64,000 nt of DNA from Takakia lepidozioides (lineage: Eukaryota; Plantae; Bryophyta): NCBI GenBank assembly GCA_030704615.1, contig CM060731.1:15438001-15502000 (forward strand). The letters run 5' to 3'. The position numbers were made by a program, and so were the translations under genes. Of this stretch, positions 10,543 to 23,850 are shown piece after piece; position 1 is the first letter of the stretch; the number at the start of each line of letters is the position of its first letter. The notes beneath the pieces were generated by a model. It did no database searches and was not told where the DNA came from. It worked only from the letters and a program-made list of their open reading frames with translations.

Positions 10543-13107
10543 TCATAGCCTGTCTTTGTACTCAGACAATGGAGTGATCCAGTCCTCGAGGCCCTTCCGC
10601 TTCCGAATTTCTATGACTGATGTTCCTGCTTGAGTTTAAGGGTCATGTGGGTCACTGTTCATCATTTCGCAGTGATCGAAGACACACTGGGGGAAGGCCT
10701 GCCCAGATGTTGCAGCTCGGAGGGTACCTGAGAATCCGAAGGACTCATTGACAGGGAGCTAAGCCTTGATGTCGTACAGAGGGGGTCCTGGCCTCTGAAC
10801 CTCTTCGAACACATGCCCTCATTTTTTATTGAGTGCACCATAGCCCACCAAGAGCACATTCTGGTGCCCGGATTTCCACCCAGTAGACAGGCTCTAAGGG
10901 GCAGGGTTTGGCAGTGAGCTGAGCTACATACATCACACGCCTGGAAGTAGGGATGACCTGGCCACCACCATGTCAATAGCATCAGCATGCAGCACCATGT
11001 CACACACCTCGCGCATGCTCTCTCAGCAACAGCACCCTCTTATGTGGCCAACTGAAAGGCAGCAACTACTGAATCCTTAATTTCATTGAGATACCGGACT
11101 CCCTTATGCATGTCAACTACCATATGGTCCGAGGGTTTCAGGTCCAAAGCACCAAGTTTTCTTGGCAAGATCCTTGTCCCATCCAAACTCTTCAGCCAAA
11201 ATCTTACTCCTGGGGGGGCCAATGGGACCTTCATCAATGGCATCAGGCAAACCATCCTCAAGGGGGCCTTGCCTCAAAGTAGAGCCTGTTCTGTTTGTTT
11301 GGCGACTTTCTCATCACCGTTCTCACAGACTACTCCAATACAATCTCCCGGAAGGAAACAACCGGGTCAGAAACAACAATCTCAGCCCCTCCCATGCCAT
11401 CCCAAAGGTCCTTGAGACAAATCTCGAAATGAAGCTCTCCTGCACTGCAATGATGTGTTCCCCACTCTCCTTAGTTGTGCAGGGTCCGACTTGGCCAGTC
11501 GCTTCAAACCTTCAACCAGCTTGGGCAGGTCAGAGGCAATCTTACAATTGCACTGCAACATGTACAACAAGTGAGACAGAGAACTTATGGGCATCCACCA
11601 TCATTGGTGAGAGTGGCATTCTTGGTGATATACTGATCAATTCCCACCATTGCCACCGTGTTGCCACAGCGCACATCCTCTACTGACTCTTGGCATCTGC
11701 CCATCCAGATAACTGTGCACTGGACACTCTTGGTGTACAAATCCTCCTTCTGGCCGGGTACATAGTTAGGCCCCATGATTCGGACCTTTGCACCAGTAAG
11801 TCTTACGCCCACCACCTGTGCTTTTGGATCATGAGATGAACCCAAGTACGAAGTGGAGACAATACTTCAGTAGAGGCAGATCCCGAACCGAGAAACAGAG
11901 CATCTTGTAAGGTATCACCAAGTGGAGGCAAGTTGGGTGAGTGCACCTTCCCAGAAAAGACTCGTCTGAAGGCAAGGAACTGACCTTTGTCAGGGGCAGG
12001 AATCATCTTGGAGACATAAAGCATCAGAGGACCTTCTGGGTCACAGTTTCTGAAAGCAGGGCCTACTGGAATTCCAAGGGCCCTTCGTACAGATTCTCAA
12101 CCTGTACCTCTGAGCATGGCTGGAGAGTGCAGATGGTGGATCATAGGCTCAAGTAGTGCAATGCTTGCAGGCAGCCAGGTCTGCATTACCCTCTTCATCA
12201 ATGTTTTACCCAGAAGATCTTTCTCCTCATCCTAACTTAGCCATCATAGGCCACAGCTTGTCTTTCTGATCATTCATGCAATGCCGATGATCTGCTTAAT
12301 AGGGTTGTATACAAACGGCACAGATCCACACAGGCATGTAGCTGCACCAGTGTTCTTGGTTGTCCACTTCTTGGTGGAAGTATCAAAGTAGTTCTCACCC
12401 CAGAATCTTTCCATCATCTTTCTCCCGTCCACATTGAACTCGGATGCATACATCTTGGTAAAAGTAGTGAGAGTGAAGACCCAACCATGAAGACCAGCGG
12501 AGAAGGCGACTCAATATACACTTGCACGTCACCAAGCAACTTGTCCTCACATGTGGCCATAGTGGCACTGGCGTTCTCAATCACACGCTGGAATTCTGGT
12601 ATGCCTCCTCCCCCTCAACTTGCAACTCCATGAAACATCTGTCGATCTTGTTGACAGTCAACGCTGGCCTGATCCTCTCACCTAGTGCTTGACCAAGTAC
12701 ACTCTCAGTCTGGACACCGAGGTTGAAACAAAATGAATGAGTGGGAACCAAGCAGAAAGAAAGAATCTTCCTCAGCGTGGTCCACATGAGCAATCACGGA
12801 CATGTCCCTCATGTTATGCTTCTTGTCCATAACCCAACGCAGCTCATCTGCTGCGAACTTCACCTGCAAACACCACGATGACAAATGCAGCTCCAAGCTG
12901 AGCTTCACATGATCAAAAACTAAACCAGACATTCGAATGCAACGTTAAAACAAGCATCCGAGCACTACAGCCCCAAAACACCCCTGACAGCAGCACTCTA
13001 GTACAACAGAATGCACGGAAAGTGCAAATAACAGTATGACCCGAGATCCTTCCGCCCGTCAGCAAAAGCAAGCTCCGCAAATCAACACAGCGCATGAATA
13101 TCACCAT
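10543..13107 (-). pseudogene. Duplicated (intron-retaining) eEF2 pseudogene
   Basis: ATG|gt exon at 13105-13107, then [111 protein letters not shown] and IRKRKGLEDWITPLSEYKDRL* (stop 10543-10545). It has many frameshifts and large deletions, and the donor after VDH-G is mutated (G|ctgag). Confidence 0.93.
11809..11944 (+). mobile_element. Chromodomain fragment of a chromovirus (Ty3/gypsy) integrase, inserted in the eEF2 pseudogene
   Basis: The + strand reads PPPVLLD-(frameshift)[36 protein letters not shown], matching the chromoviral PPP..D..EYEVE.IL..R....YLV.W.GY..E.SW pattern. It interrupts eEF2 between FSGKV and TGAKVRIMG. Confidence 0.6.
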
Positions 13108-15631
13108 GTTCGATAACTGAAAGATGGCTGCCAGACCCATCCGAGCAGCGAGGGACCGACAAGGCCGAGCCACAAAAACAGCACAGGACAACTAAACAAA
13201 CCAGCTCAATCGCGTCTACGAATGCTTAACATGGCACCCACGTGATGAAATCCGCCCCCAGGCAGCTGTCTGGGAAGGAGTGCGATGCAGCTCAGCTCAG
13301 CTGCGTAAAGCTCGCACCGAAAGGACTTTCCAGTTGCAGCCCCCTGGGCATATTGGCCCACACGCCTCCACGCCGATCAACGGCTTCAATCGGATCGTAT
13401 TCAGCGATCCGGGTATGACTAACAGAACCGTGAAATAGAGTAGTGACACTGCAGCCTCGCACTGCGAGGTCATAACATGAAAATGACAGTGCCATGGCAC
13501 AATGCTTGCAGGGCAGTTGGAAGAAGACTCCAGCACCCACTGCATCCCGTGATCTTAGTCTTTTGCACTATCTTCGGACCTGATTATGTGAACGATGCGC
13601 TTTTGCTTCGTTGCATGTTTGTGTCCAATCCACGATATTGGTCTAAGTATTGTTTTCACTCTAACATGCCAATGATCACTACTGGCCCCCACCACTCGCA
13701 ATTGTATGCAGGGCATTGGGATCCCAAATGAACGAAACAGTTTGCTGAGAGTTTCTCAACTTCGTGAAACAGTTTTGCTCTCTGGTTTCGTGCTGAGGCC
13801 CTACCATCCTGCGGCCTCTCCCAAATTATCTCCCGATCCTGTGGAGAAGGGGAGGGGAGGGGAGGGGAGGGGAGGTGCCAATAAGTGTCCTGCTTGTAAG
13901 TAGGGGACAATAGTTTTAGCAGAAAAGATCGTTGTCTTGGTGCACTCTCGATGCTATCAAATTGTGGAAGATAAGAGCTATGGAAATCTCGGATTCGTCA
14001 ACGTTTCCCACTAAAATCACCTCGCGGGAACCTCAATATGTCTAATTGTCTTCTCTACAGAATTCACGGATTGCTAAGGTTGTGAAGGCGGAGTGTGTGA
14101 TGACGCCCACAAAACTGAAGGTGACCCTCACATTCTAACCTAAATTGCGATGGCGATGTATGAGGCATGTAGAAAGTATAAAGCAAATGATAACTTCAAA
14201 CGGTGCCTAGAAGCAGCTGTGGCGAAGAGGGAGGGCCCTGCATCCGCACTCTTCCATCAATTTTTTCCTTGTATGCTGTAATTCTCCTGCCAAGAATATG
14301 CTGGTGGGCATTATCAGTATCTATTGAACAAAACATCGACCTCCAGCGATTCAAATCTTGCCTTTCTGGGTTTCTTCACCTTCCTACCTACTTTCGCGCA
14401 CTGAATCCTGGAGTCAGTTCACTGATCATTCTCCCTGTCTCGTTGGAACGTTTTGTTGGAGCTGCAAGTCTTTCTAGCTGAGTTTCCATCTGTAAGGATT
14501 GAGGACTTGTTTCCAAGGCTGGGGTTGTACCTAATCGGCTGTCAGGAGCATCCATTTGAACTACGTATTTGAACTTTGGGTTCTGAAGAGATTGTGGCTA
14601 CTTTATCTAAGGTGGATCACAGAATTCTCGGAGCTGGAATTCAATCTGACCGACTTTCAGGAAACTTGTTTTTTTGCGTTCGCTTTCGAGGCATTCGGTG
14701 AGCATCATATGGCGATGGAGATGGTAGATGTTGATTCGGCTCAATCAATCTGGCGCCATGTTTGTGGCGGTTGTGCCCTGGTGGATGTGAGCAAGGATGC
14801 AATAATTCCAAGCATCTATTGATACGTTGTCTTGGTGCACACACTCGATTATATCAAATTGTGGAAGATAAGAGCTATGGAAATCTCGGATTCAAGCACT
14901 CTGCTTGCACGGTAATTCCACTACTCCGAGCAATTTCACCTTCTATGTTAAACCCTAATCCTTGCAGAAGAGATAGTTGCAGGGCAGTTTCAGTGTTACC
15001 TTTGTCTTTATCTTCATGCTGCATTTGAATTCTGTTCCATTGAGGATGATGAAACTTGTTGTCGGTACTTTCAACTCCCTCTGTCCCATGGTGCATGAAG
15101 TCATAGCTCTTTCTTTCCATAGTGATGGGTGGGAGAAGCTGTGCTAATCCCCTAGTTGTGGGGCAGTGCTTGAAGGCACTCAAGGAATCCTTGCTTTTTG
15201 ATCTCCTCCTAGGAGCCCTTCCTGAACTGTCCCATCGTGAGTTTTGAGTTGGTTAGTCAAGTTCCATAACCATTAGAAATTGTTTTCCAAGAAAGAGTTC
15301 ACTCTTGAAAAAGTAGTATCACAAATGAAGAAAGGAGATTCCAAGTTAACACGGGATTGGGCTGTCTCTGCCCTATCTTTCTCTTGCACCAATCTACACT
15401 AAAACTCCTGTAACTGGATTTGCATCGGCTGTGAGCAAGCCCAGGGCAATTTGAGCTGAGTTTCATCCCTGGTAGGTTCACCCATAGAGGACTAGCATGT
15501 AGCAGGGACAAGGGTGAGTCATAACCAACCTTCACAGGGAAGGGTCAACACAAACGTCTTTGCACCGAAAACAGAGTGAAAATCCTACACAATACTTCCA
15601 TTGCCTTGCAACTGTGGTCATTGCATGAGGA

Positions 15632-18600
15632 ATGATCAGTACATTAGCGAAGCAGGGACATAGCACGATTGTAGGCAGGTAGCCTAGGTACTTTTAATTA
15701 CAATCTAACACAAAGTTTTATGGAGACATTGGCTTGAGAAGCTTAACAGAGAACAGATCTACCTGAAGGAAGGCCACTAATGGCATTGGTTGTTGTGCAG
15801 GTATGTTGAATCATGTGAGAGATTTGGTGTCGCTCCCCACAGTGCAATGCTTGCAGCATTTGGAAAGGTCTGAAATTCCTCCTTGTGGTCTCTACAATCA
15901 CTATCATCACAAGTGCTAGAAAACCGACACAGTTGATAAAGCACAAGCATGTCATTCTGATCTGCGAACTTGATTGTCTGAACAATATAGCTATGGGGTC
16001 GTAAAGCTTAGAAAAGTTTAAAACTTCCAACTATCCACAAACATACACACAGAGAGAAGCCAGCATGAAGTAGAGCCACTTCCCTTTGCATCAGGTAGTT
16101 CAGAGTTTCTTTGTGTAATACAAATTTTGGTCAGAGAGAGTTATGTGAATGATCAAGTTCCCATCAAATGCTCGTGAATTGTTAAGAAGTCTATCTGTAC
16201 GTAAGTTGTGGCTTACAACTCAGATTGTGATAGTGTAAGGTACAACTGTTGGAGGCACTACTGTTTTCTGTTGCTTGCCTTGTACTTGCTTATGGCCCCT
16301 CAGCTGAAGGTGTTAATACAAAGCTGATTTAGGCTACCAATGTCCGTAGTCTTCATTAACAGAGCTAAGAGCTAAGATTGCGTCTCTGAGATGTGCAGGT
16401 GAGAGTACAAGGAGCCAGCAAAGACACTCAGATTCTTGAGCTTTGCTTGGATCATCTAGGGGAGGCCGATGCCCTCCCTCTTGTTGAAACGCTGACTATG
16501 GTGGAAACCTCAAAGATTGAGGCAGTGGATGTGGTCCACAATAACACCTTGTCCAGTCTCAAGTGGCAACTAATGCTACAGATGCTGCGAGCTGCTGGCT
16601 CCAAGCTCCGCATGGCAGACCTGAGAGATAACTCATTCAGTCGAGAAGCTCTTAGGTTGGCCTGTCTCTGACCTTTTAATTGCAATGACCCTGAAGGGTT
16701 GAGATGGATATCAATGCTTATGTACATTTGGCAGCAGACTGCAGGTTAGGCGAGAAATGTCTGCAAATGAAGTTTGCTATGTGTGACATATTCGTGATCC
16801 TTCCACTGTTTATCTTTTATAGCAGACGCGATCTGTCAAGTTGATGTATAGGACTTGACACGACAGATATTTCTATTGTTTTGTGTACAGAGAGCTATTC
16901 CAGGGAGGACTTGACTGCCAGATCCTGGACCTCAGTTTCTCACATGTCCGCAAACTGGAAATGTCAGGACACTTTCCCACACTACACACGCTCAAGCTTG
17001 ACTACAGTCTCCCTGTAACCAGTCTGCCTGAGGGCTGCTTCCATGCCATGCCGAAGCTGGCAAAGCTCTCTATGTGTGGCACCAACATTGCAAATCTATG
17101 GACAACTTGTGCAGCACTTGTCAAACTTCCTTCTCTCTTGGAACTTCGTTTCCAGAAGTGTCTGTGCTGTCAGGGGACAGGGCAATGCACAACTATGGCA
17201 ACCCCTGCTCCAACAGATACCGTGGGCTTGCGAGAGGGCTCCATGTATCAGGTACAGTGAACTCCTTGTATGACTTTTCTGTGGTTCCAATTCTGAAGTG
17301 CTTATTTTCATGCCTGCCAGCATCAAATGTCATTACATGACCAGAAAAAATCCATTTGGATACAGCGGGTGGCATGCCGGATTATGAAATCAAATGCATG
17401 AAGGGAAAGTGTGGGTCAAGAATGTTGTGGTTTTGCTGAGAGATTAATCATGGACACAGAACAGGAGAATTGGCCCACTGTCGTCAGTTTCTACTTCTTC
17501 TAAGCCTTCCTTGAATACTGTGACAGGGTGGTGCAGAGAAGAACCGTACCAGGGATTGGGTACCCCCTGCAACAGATGGCAACGAATACGCGTCACCTGA
17601 TACAGAGCACTCTGATTTCTCAGGAACTGAGGACGATGAGTCTGATGGCCCTTTCTCTGTTGATTCGGATGACAATCAGCCCTCTAGCAGCTCCACTGGG
17701 GAATCATCAGGGGAGAGTGAGAGAGACCTGGTCAGTGTTTCTTTTGTAGTGTGGTTTAATCACAAAGAGCGAAGATTTCAGCTCCGCATATAGCTGGTGG
17801 AATCCAACATGCCGTGCAAATATATTACATAGCAAGAATGAATTACTAGTTGCTTAAAGAGGTGGTTTGTCGAAAGTTGAGGCATTCACTTGTGCTGAAA
17901 GCCTTGTGCTGCAGATCGAAGCAAACGAGGGCCAACCTATGGACATCACCACAGCAGACGATATTAACCAGGAAGGAGCTGTAGAGTTTGAGAGAGGTGG
18001 CACACTCCCACCAAACCAACAAGCCCCCTGGGAAGCCCTCGAGCAACCTGTCTTTGAGGACAGCAGTTGGGGTCCCATCAGAAGTACACAAGTTGGAACG
18101 AGTCAGATGCTGTTGGACATCCTAGGACTTGGCAATACAGACGTTGTCCTTAGATTGCTGGAGCCACAACAAAGGGTTTCCCACCAGGCCCGCCACAGGG
18201 TGGACATGGAGATTGATAGGACAGGGGAAGCCACTGAGGAGGAGGCTGTGGTAATGTCAAGACTTACCAGTAATGGAACAGCTGACCTTGTTCGAGAGGT
18301 GAATCGGAGAGCCAGTTACAGATTGAGAACTGGCAGTGGTGAAGAGGCTGGTGAGACAGGGGCAGGAAGCTCCGGGGATGAAGGAGAGGAACACTTTTCC
18401 ATGACCCCTCCACGAGCTGCCCTTGCCTTGGCCCGCCATCCATCACCCATCTGTTATGAAAGTCATTACAGGGAGTTCATGATTTCAACGCTGCCAGCGC
18501 TACAGGTGCTGGATAATATTCTCATTACAGAGAGGGACAGGGAGGCAGCACGCTGTGTATATAAGGAGCATTTTGAGCCTTTTGCAAACAAACGGAATGA

Positions 18601-21600
18601 GACAGAAAATGTGCTTCAGGTAGTGCACCATACATCAATTGCATCCTGGGAGGTGTTGTTTGAACATGTAGTTGAACACCTTCAGAGATAAAGTATCTTT
18701 CATTGACCATCCTCATATTGCTGTATTTGTATTGTGGGCCAGGTGTTGAAGCGGCGAGAGAAGGGTGGGTGGGGTGTGGGAGCCTCAAGTAGGGGAAGTA
18801 AGCTGGGATTTGTGGACCATGAGCACAGCCCTGCTGCCTTTAGTCGTTCTCTTTCAGCTGCCAAAATGGCATCTTGCCCATGGCCGGCAACCAATGCAAT
18901 TTGCCGGATGAAAAAAGCCAGTTCGGAGTTGAGTCGTCGATGCCGTCCCCGACAGTTTGAGTATCATCCCACTGAGGCAAGCTACATGGTGTTTGGGACG
19001 CTCCATGGAGAGGTCGTGGTTGTAAATCATGAGAGTGATAAGGTGGTTGGTTATGTGCAATCCATCGGTGCTCCCCACAGTATTCTGGGCCTTTGTTGGC
19101 TCAACAAAGACCCTCACAAGGTACTCTCACCCACCCAATATCCCCTGTCCGGCTGCTTTTGTGTATTTGAGCTCCCTTGGATTCGAGACCAATATTAAGT
19201 ACCAGATGGTGCAATTTGCAATGGCTACATTTACAACCAGTGTTATTTGTGTGAGACTCTCAACCAAAACACAGCTATTGTTGCTTTAATCATTTTCTAA
19301 CTCAGGAAAAAGATGCTTGTCTGGTTGAAAGCAACTTCTTAAGTATCAGTGCATTGATTTGGCAAGTTGGCCCTGATGTTCTTTTTGCACCAACGTGCAG
19401 CTCATAGCAGGGTCCGACAATGGATCCCTTCAGCTCTATGACATTAACCACATGAGAGCTTCAATGGTGATTGCTGGTGGACGAGGAGGGGGCCTAGGCA
19501 TTTCAAACAGCTATGATGGTCCAGGATATTGGGGGCAGCAGTCAGGAGGGGAGAGTTTTAGAAGCCGCAGTGGTCGGAGTCCTGCAATTTATACATATGA
19601 TTATTTTGAGAAATTGACTTCTGTTCATATCAATTCAACAGACGATTACTTTTTGGCAAGTGGTTATTCCAAGCATGTTGGCCTCTACGATCTTCGCACA
19701 GGCACGCGACTACAGATATATCCAGACCTCCACCAGGAGCACATCAATGTTGTCAAATTTGCTCATCATTCACCAAATTTATTTGCGACATCGTCTTTTG
19801 ACAAGGACATAAAGATGTGGGATATAAGGCAGAAGGTCAGGCAGCCACTGTACACTGTCCAAAGCACACGAGGAAACGTGATGGTTTGTTTCTCCCAGGA
19901 CGACCACTATATTCTTTCCTCGGCTGTGGATAATGAGGTAATTTACATTCCTCAGTCTATTTTCTGCTCACAGGTTTGGTGGAAGTGATTTCTATTCACC
20001 TTTCAACAGGATCCTTCAGAAGCTATTCAGTAAACAACTCTTTTTATCTTAAACCTGTCAGTATTTCATGAGAAACAACATGGAGTAGTGAAGAAATTGT
20101 GGATAATTGCCTTATCAGACGGTGCCGTCTGTTAAGAATTTTCTGGTGCATTCCATCTGCCTTTACAGCAAGCTCTAAATTCTCTACTCCACTGATATGT
20201 GGGCAGGTACGGCAACATCTGGCAGTGGATGGGAGGCTTCACATGAAGTTTGATATACCACCTATGGGCAGCAACCAGAACTACACACGCTCCTACTATC
20301 TTAATGGTCGTGACTACATTATAACTGGCAGCTGTGAGGAGAATGTGGTCCGTATCTGCTGTGCACAAACTGGCCGTCGTTTGAGAGACCTGGCCTTGGA
20401 GGTACACATGCTCGAAATCTCCAGTCTTCAAAAGTGTCTTACTTCGTTGAAAGTCTGTTTTGTAACCAACCCAGTGTCTGGGTTTTCCTTCGGTTGCCAG
20501 TGGAAGTGTAACAAGTCTTTGAATGTTACTGTGCCCCTCTGTAGGTGGCTTTTGTGAGCATATCTGAGTTGCCTCTTTTTGGGTCCTGGAGCTTTGGTAT
20601 GTTCATAATTTTACAAGCTATGTTGTTGATTGTTTTGTGCATCTCATGTTGCATGCAGGGCCGTGGCTTGAGGAACTCCTTGTATGTCCAGTCATTGAGA
20701 GGCGATCCTTTCAAGGTGAGTTGGCCCTACATACCTTGGTTACGTGGTAATTTGGCGATGCCTGACTTGAGTACCTTCAGATTTTGGCATTCATCTTTCT
20801 TTCTCTATGCAGAGTCTTTGGAAAGCAATTGCAAAGTCTTCCATGGGTCAATTGTGGGTCACTCGTGGTTGTGACCACTGTGGGACGCCGACCACAAGAC
20901 TCTGAAAGGCAGTCTGAAGTCTGAACCCTGTTGGAGCCATCAGCCACCTGAGCATTAAACTAACTAGGCACAGCACTTGGATGGCAGATATCAATCTGGT
21001 TACAAGTTGCCTAACAAAGCATGTCTTATTAGTATGGAAGATGTATGGCATGTGTCAGGTAAAATTGGATTACTAATTCAGTGTATTGTTGTTGTGCTGG
21101 TTATATTTGCAGGACTTCCATTTTTGTGTGCTGGTTGCCTATAATCATCCACACTCCAGATCTGAAATTGTCAAGGTATGGCCTCCTTACATGCTTGGCA
21201 CCTTGTTTTTCCTCACATTTCTACCATCGTGGCAAGGAAATCCAATCGGAGTGGTTAGTGTACAGACTGCCCAACTTGGGTACTCCTGTGTGCCCTGGAG
21301 GCCATAGTGTCTGCAGGGTATTGACCCTCCTGAAGCGAATCATGGGGTTCCTTCCCACCAGGGTACTCAAAATGAGAGAGACCCTATGTTTGTGAGGTCT
21401 TGTACTCAGTCTGGTTTCCCCATCCCTCCAACTGCAGCTCCTCTTCCACAGTTCCTTCTTCCTCTTGCTACCATGTCATATACTGTTTTGGTTATTGGTC
21501 TCCTACTACCATGTGTCTCCATGGACTCAGAACCCCTTATAGCTGTCTTAAACCAAGGCCTTGGACTGCTGGAGTTAGCCTTTCTCAGTCATGTGATGAC

Positions 21601-21872
21601 CTAAGTATGGGACTGCTATAGCTTTCCCTCAGCCAGTGATGCTTGGTACAGAATTTGTTTGCTTTTTCGTGTAGACATCCCCTGAACCCGTACAGTTGCT
21701 AGTGCCCAGATTTTTCCTTCTCTTGGAGTTTGTTGGATGAGGAGAAGGTAACTTTCCAGCTAAACAGACCTTTGGCTCTCTTTTGCAGGTTAATCTTTTG
21801 GCGAGGGATGTAGAAAGACAGAGCCATGACTTGGAGCCTCAATATGTGTCATTGACGGGCATGGGAGCTTGA
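15632..21872 (+). CDS. DHU1: LRR + WD40 (DWD) protein, DHU1-like; first exon uncertain
   Basis: Exons 15632-15678 (tentative), 15801-15867 (YVESCERFGVAPHSAML), 16399-16655, 16891-17251 (LRRs), 17527-17730, 17915-18619 (HPSPICYESHYREFMISTLPALQVLDN), 18743-19120 (RPRQFEYHP), 19401-19937 (WD40, ATSSFDKDIKMWDIR), 20207-20401 (NYTRSYYLNGRDYII), 20659-20715, 21113-21175 and 21789-21872 (GMGA*). Confidence 0.88.
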
Positions 21873-23850
21873 CACAAACAATGTATGATGCATTCAACTT
21901 CCTGTATGGTAGGCTTCACCGATCTTCCCTCGAAAAATGGTAGAATGTAGATGTAGAGAAAATAGAGGAAACAACGGAAAGGGTGGTGCACGGTTCATGG
22001 AACAAGGTCCAAAATGAAGAATAAGGTCAGACTCTGAAATTTGCCTATATTATTTCCCCCCATCTCTTTTTCACAGAGGTCTCTCTAAACAAGGGCTTAG
22101 TCTCACCAATTTGGCACAATTTGGCACAGACCACATTCAATCTTGTACAGGTAAAAAAAGATTGAACTCTTCTATCTAACATGAATTTTAGCACTTATTC
22201 AAGTCCACAGCACCATTTGTATTTCAAATAATGTATATAATTACTATACATATATAATAAGAAGTTTATGTACAGTAGAAAGTCTTTGCACTGCTGATCC
22301 GCGGAGGTTTGAACCTGTAATACAAATAATCTCGAATTTGCAGCCACATAGATGTCAAGTAATTGAGTCACTAATGGAAATCAACATGACAAATTAGAAC
22401 AGAATCCTTTCCATTTAGTTGTGTGGTGTGAGGTTTTGATGAATATATTTTCGAGACTGTGATAGGAATGTCAAGAGATGATGATGATGTCACAGAGAGT
22501 GCTCAAATACCCATAAACCCATCTCTGTTCAGGAATTTTCCGCAATGGTTACTTACCTTAACAGGATCTTAACCCTTAAGTGACTAGCAATGGTGCGCCC
22601 GTCCTAAAACCATATAGGTATAGCTTCATGGATGAGCTGTATGTCAACTGTATGTGCCACCCTGAATCATCCAAACCATACAAATCTATCCTTACCTATT
22701 TCATCCATATACTATCAAAATCTCTGGACAATTCACCGTTGGAATTGAGAGATCATAACAAAATCAAATGCCTCATTTTTCAAGTCCACTCAAAATTTGG
22801 TCCTAAAACTTGGTTTGAACAAGCTTTAGCTCAACCTTCTAGATTTTCCATGTCTGAATGTTCTTCACAGTCAGCATCCTTGCCACCTATGTGGTGTTGT
22901 CACCAGAATCTTAAGCAAACTCCAAATTCTTGAAATGGCTCCTTTGTATGTGGGCGGGGGGGAGTAAAATTGTCCTCCAATTTCATTGTCACAGAAAACA
23001 GCCTATGGGGGATACATTTTTTCCACGAAATTGAAATGCTCAATGATCATTGTGTGCCATGTGGGATTTCATATTGGATTGCCAAATTCCAGAGGATTCC
23101 AAGAATTTGGCAAGTCCACATGTTCCTTTCAGTAATTTCTAACCAACTTGAGCACTGTGTTGCCAGAGTTAGCAACACTTTTGGGGACTATTTTGTGGGC
23201 CATGTCACTCAATACGCAAAAATTTGACGGCCCCAGGATCGATTAGCAAATGGATAAAAACATATATAGGGTGAGATATATGTTCACCTATGAGACACTA
23301 TGTATGTGTTAAAAATTGCGGCAAGTCCAACAGACATGGAAATGCATGTTAGGATATTGCTCGAAGGATTACGGGCACAACCGCACTTCAAAGTTTCCAA
23401 TCATAATGTCATGGGGCGTGAAATGGAAGGAAAAGAAATGTATGCACTATATGGTAGTGCAAAGCTCAAAAATTGTATGTTTTTTTTTAATTATTTTTTA
23501 CGGAACAAGGGTAGGTGTTTCCCTTAACAAAAAAACAGAAGTCAACAATGGTTCTATTAAAATGCAATTTTAAGAAAACAAATCCGTTAGGTTTCGGGTT
23601 GGCAGATTCATCCAACCCTAAGTTACAAAGACGTGAGGTACAGGGCCCTATGAAACAGCGGGTTGCCCGTCCGCCTGTCTAGTGCGGGCAGCCCCGACAA
23701 ACTCATCCGCTAGACCTAACTTGATGCTCAGGCCGCATGTTGTGTGCAGTGTTGCATCGACTCGGGTTGCTGCCACGAGGAGAGTTGAGGGTTTTGAAGA
23801 TTGGCATTGCTTGAGAGGGGATTGGAGTGGAGAAGGCTGGAACAAAAGAA

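Noticed and set aside
10543-13107. Functional or processed eEF2
   Set aside because: Stops, frameshifts and loss of much of the G domain rule out function. The retained first intron rules out a simple retrocopy.
13240-13300. C/D snoRNA suggested by gtgatga near the eEF2 pseudogene
   Set aside because: No appropriately placed CTGA D box or terminal stem was seen.
17867-18691. Stand-alone 274-aa ORF
   Set aside because: It is an internal exon (17915-18619) of the DHU1-like gene.
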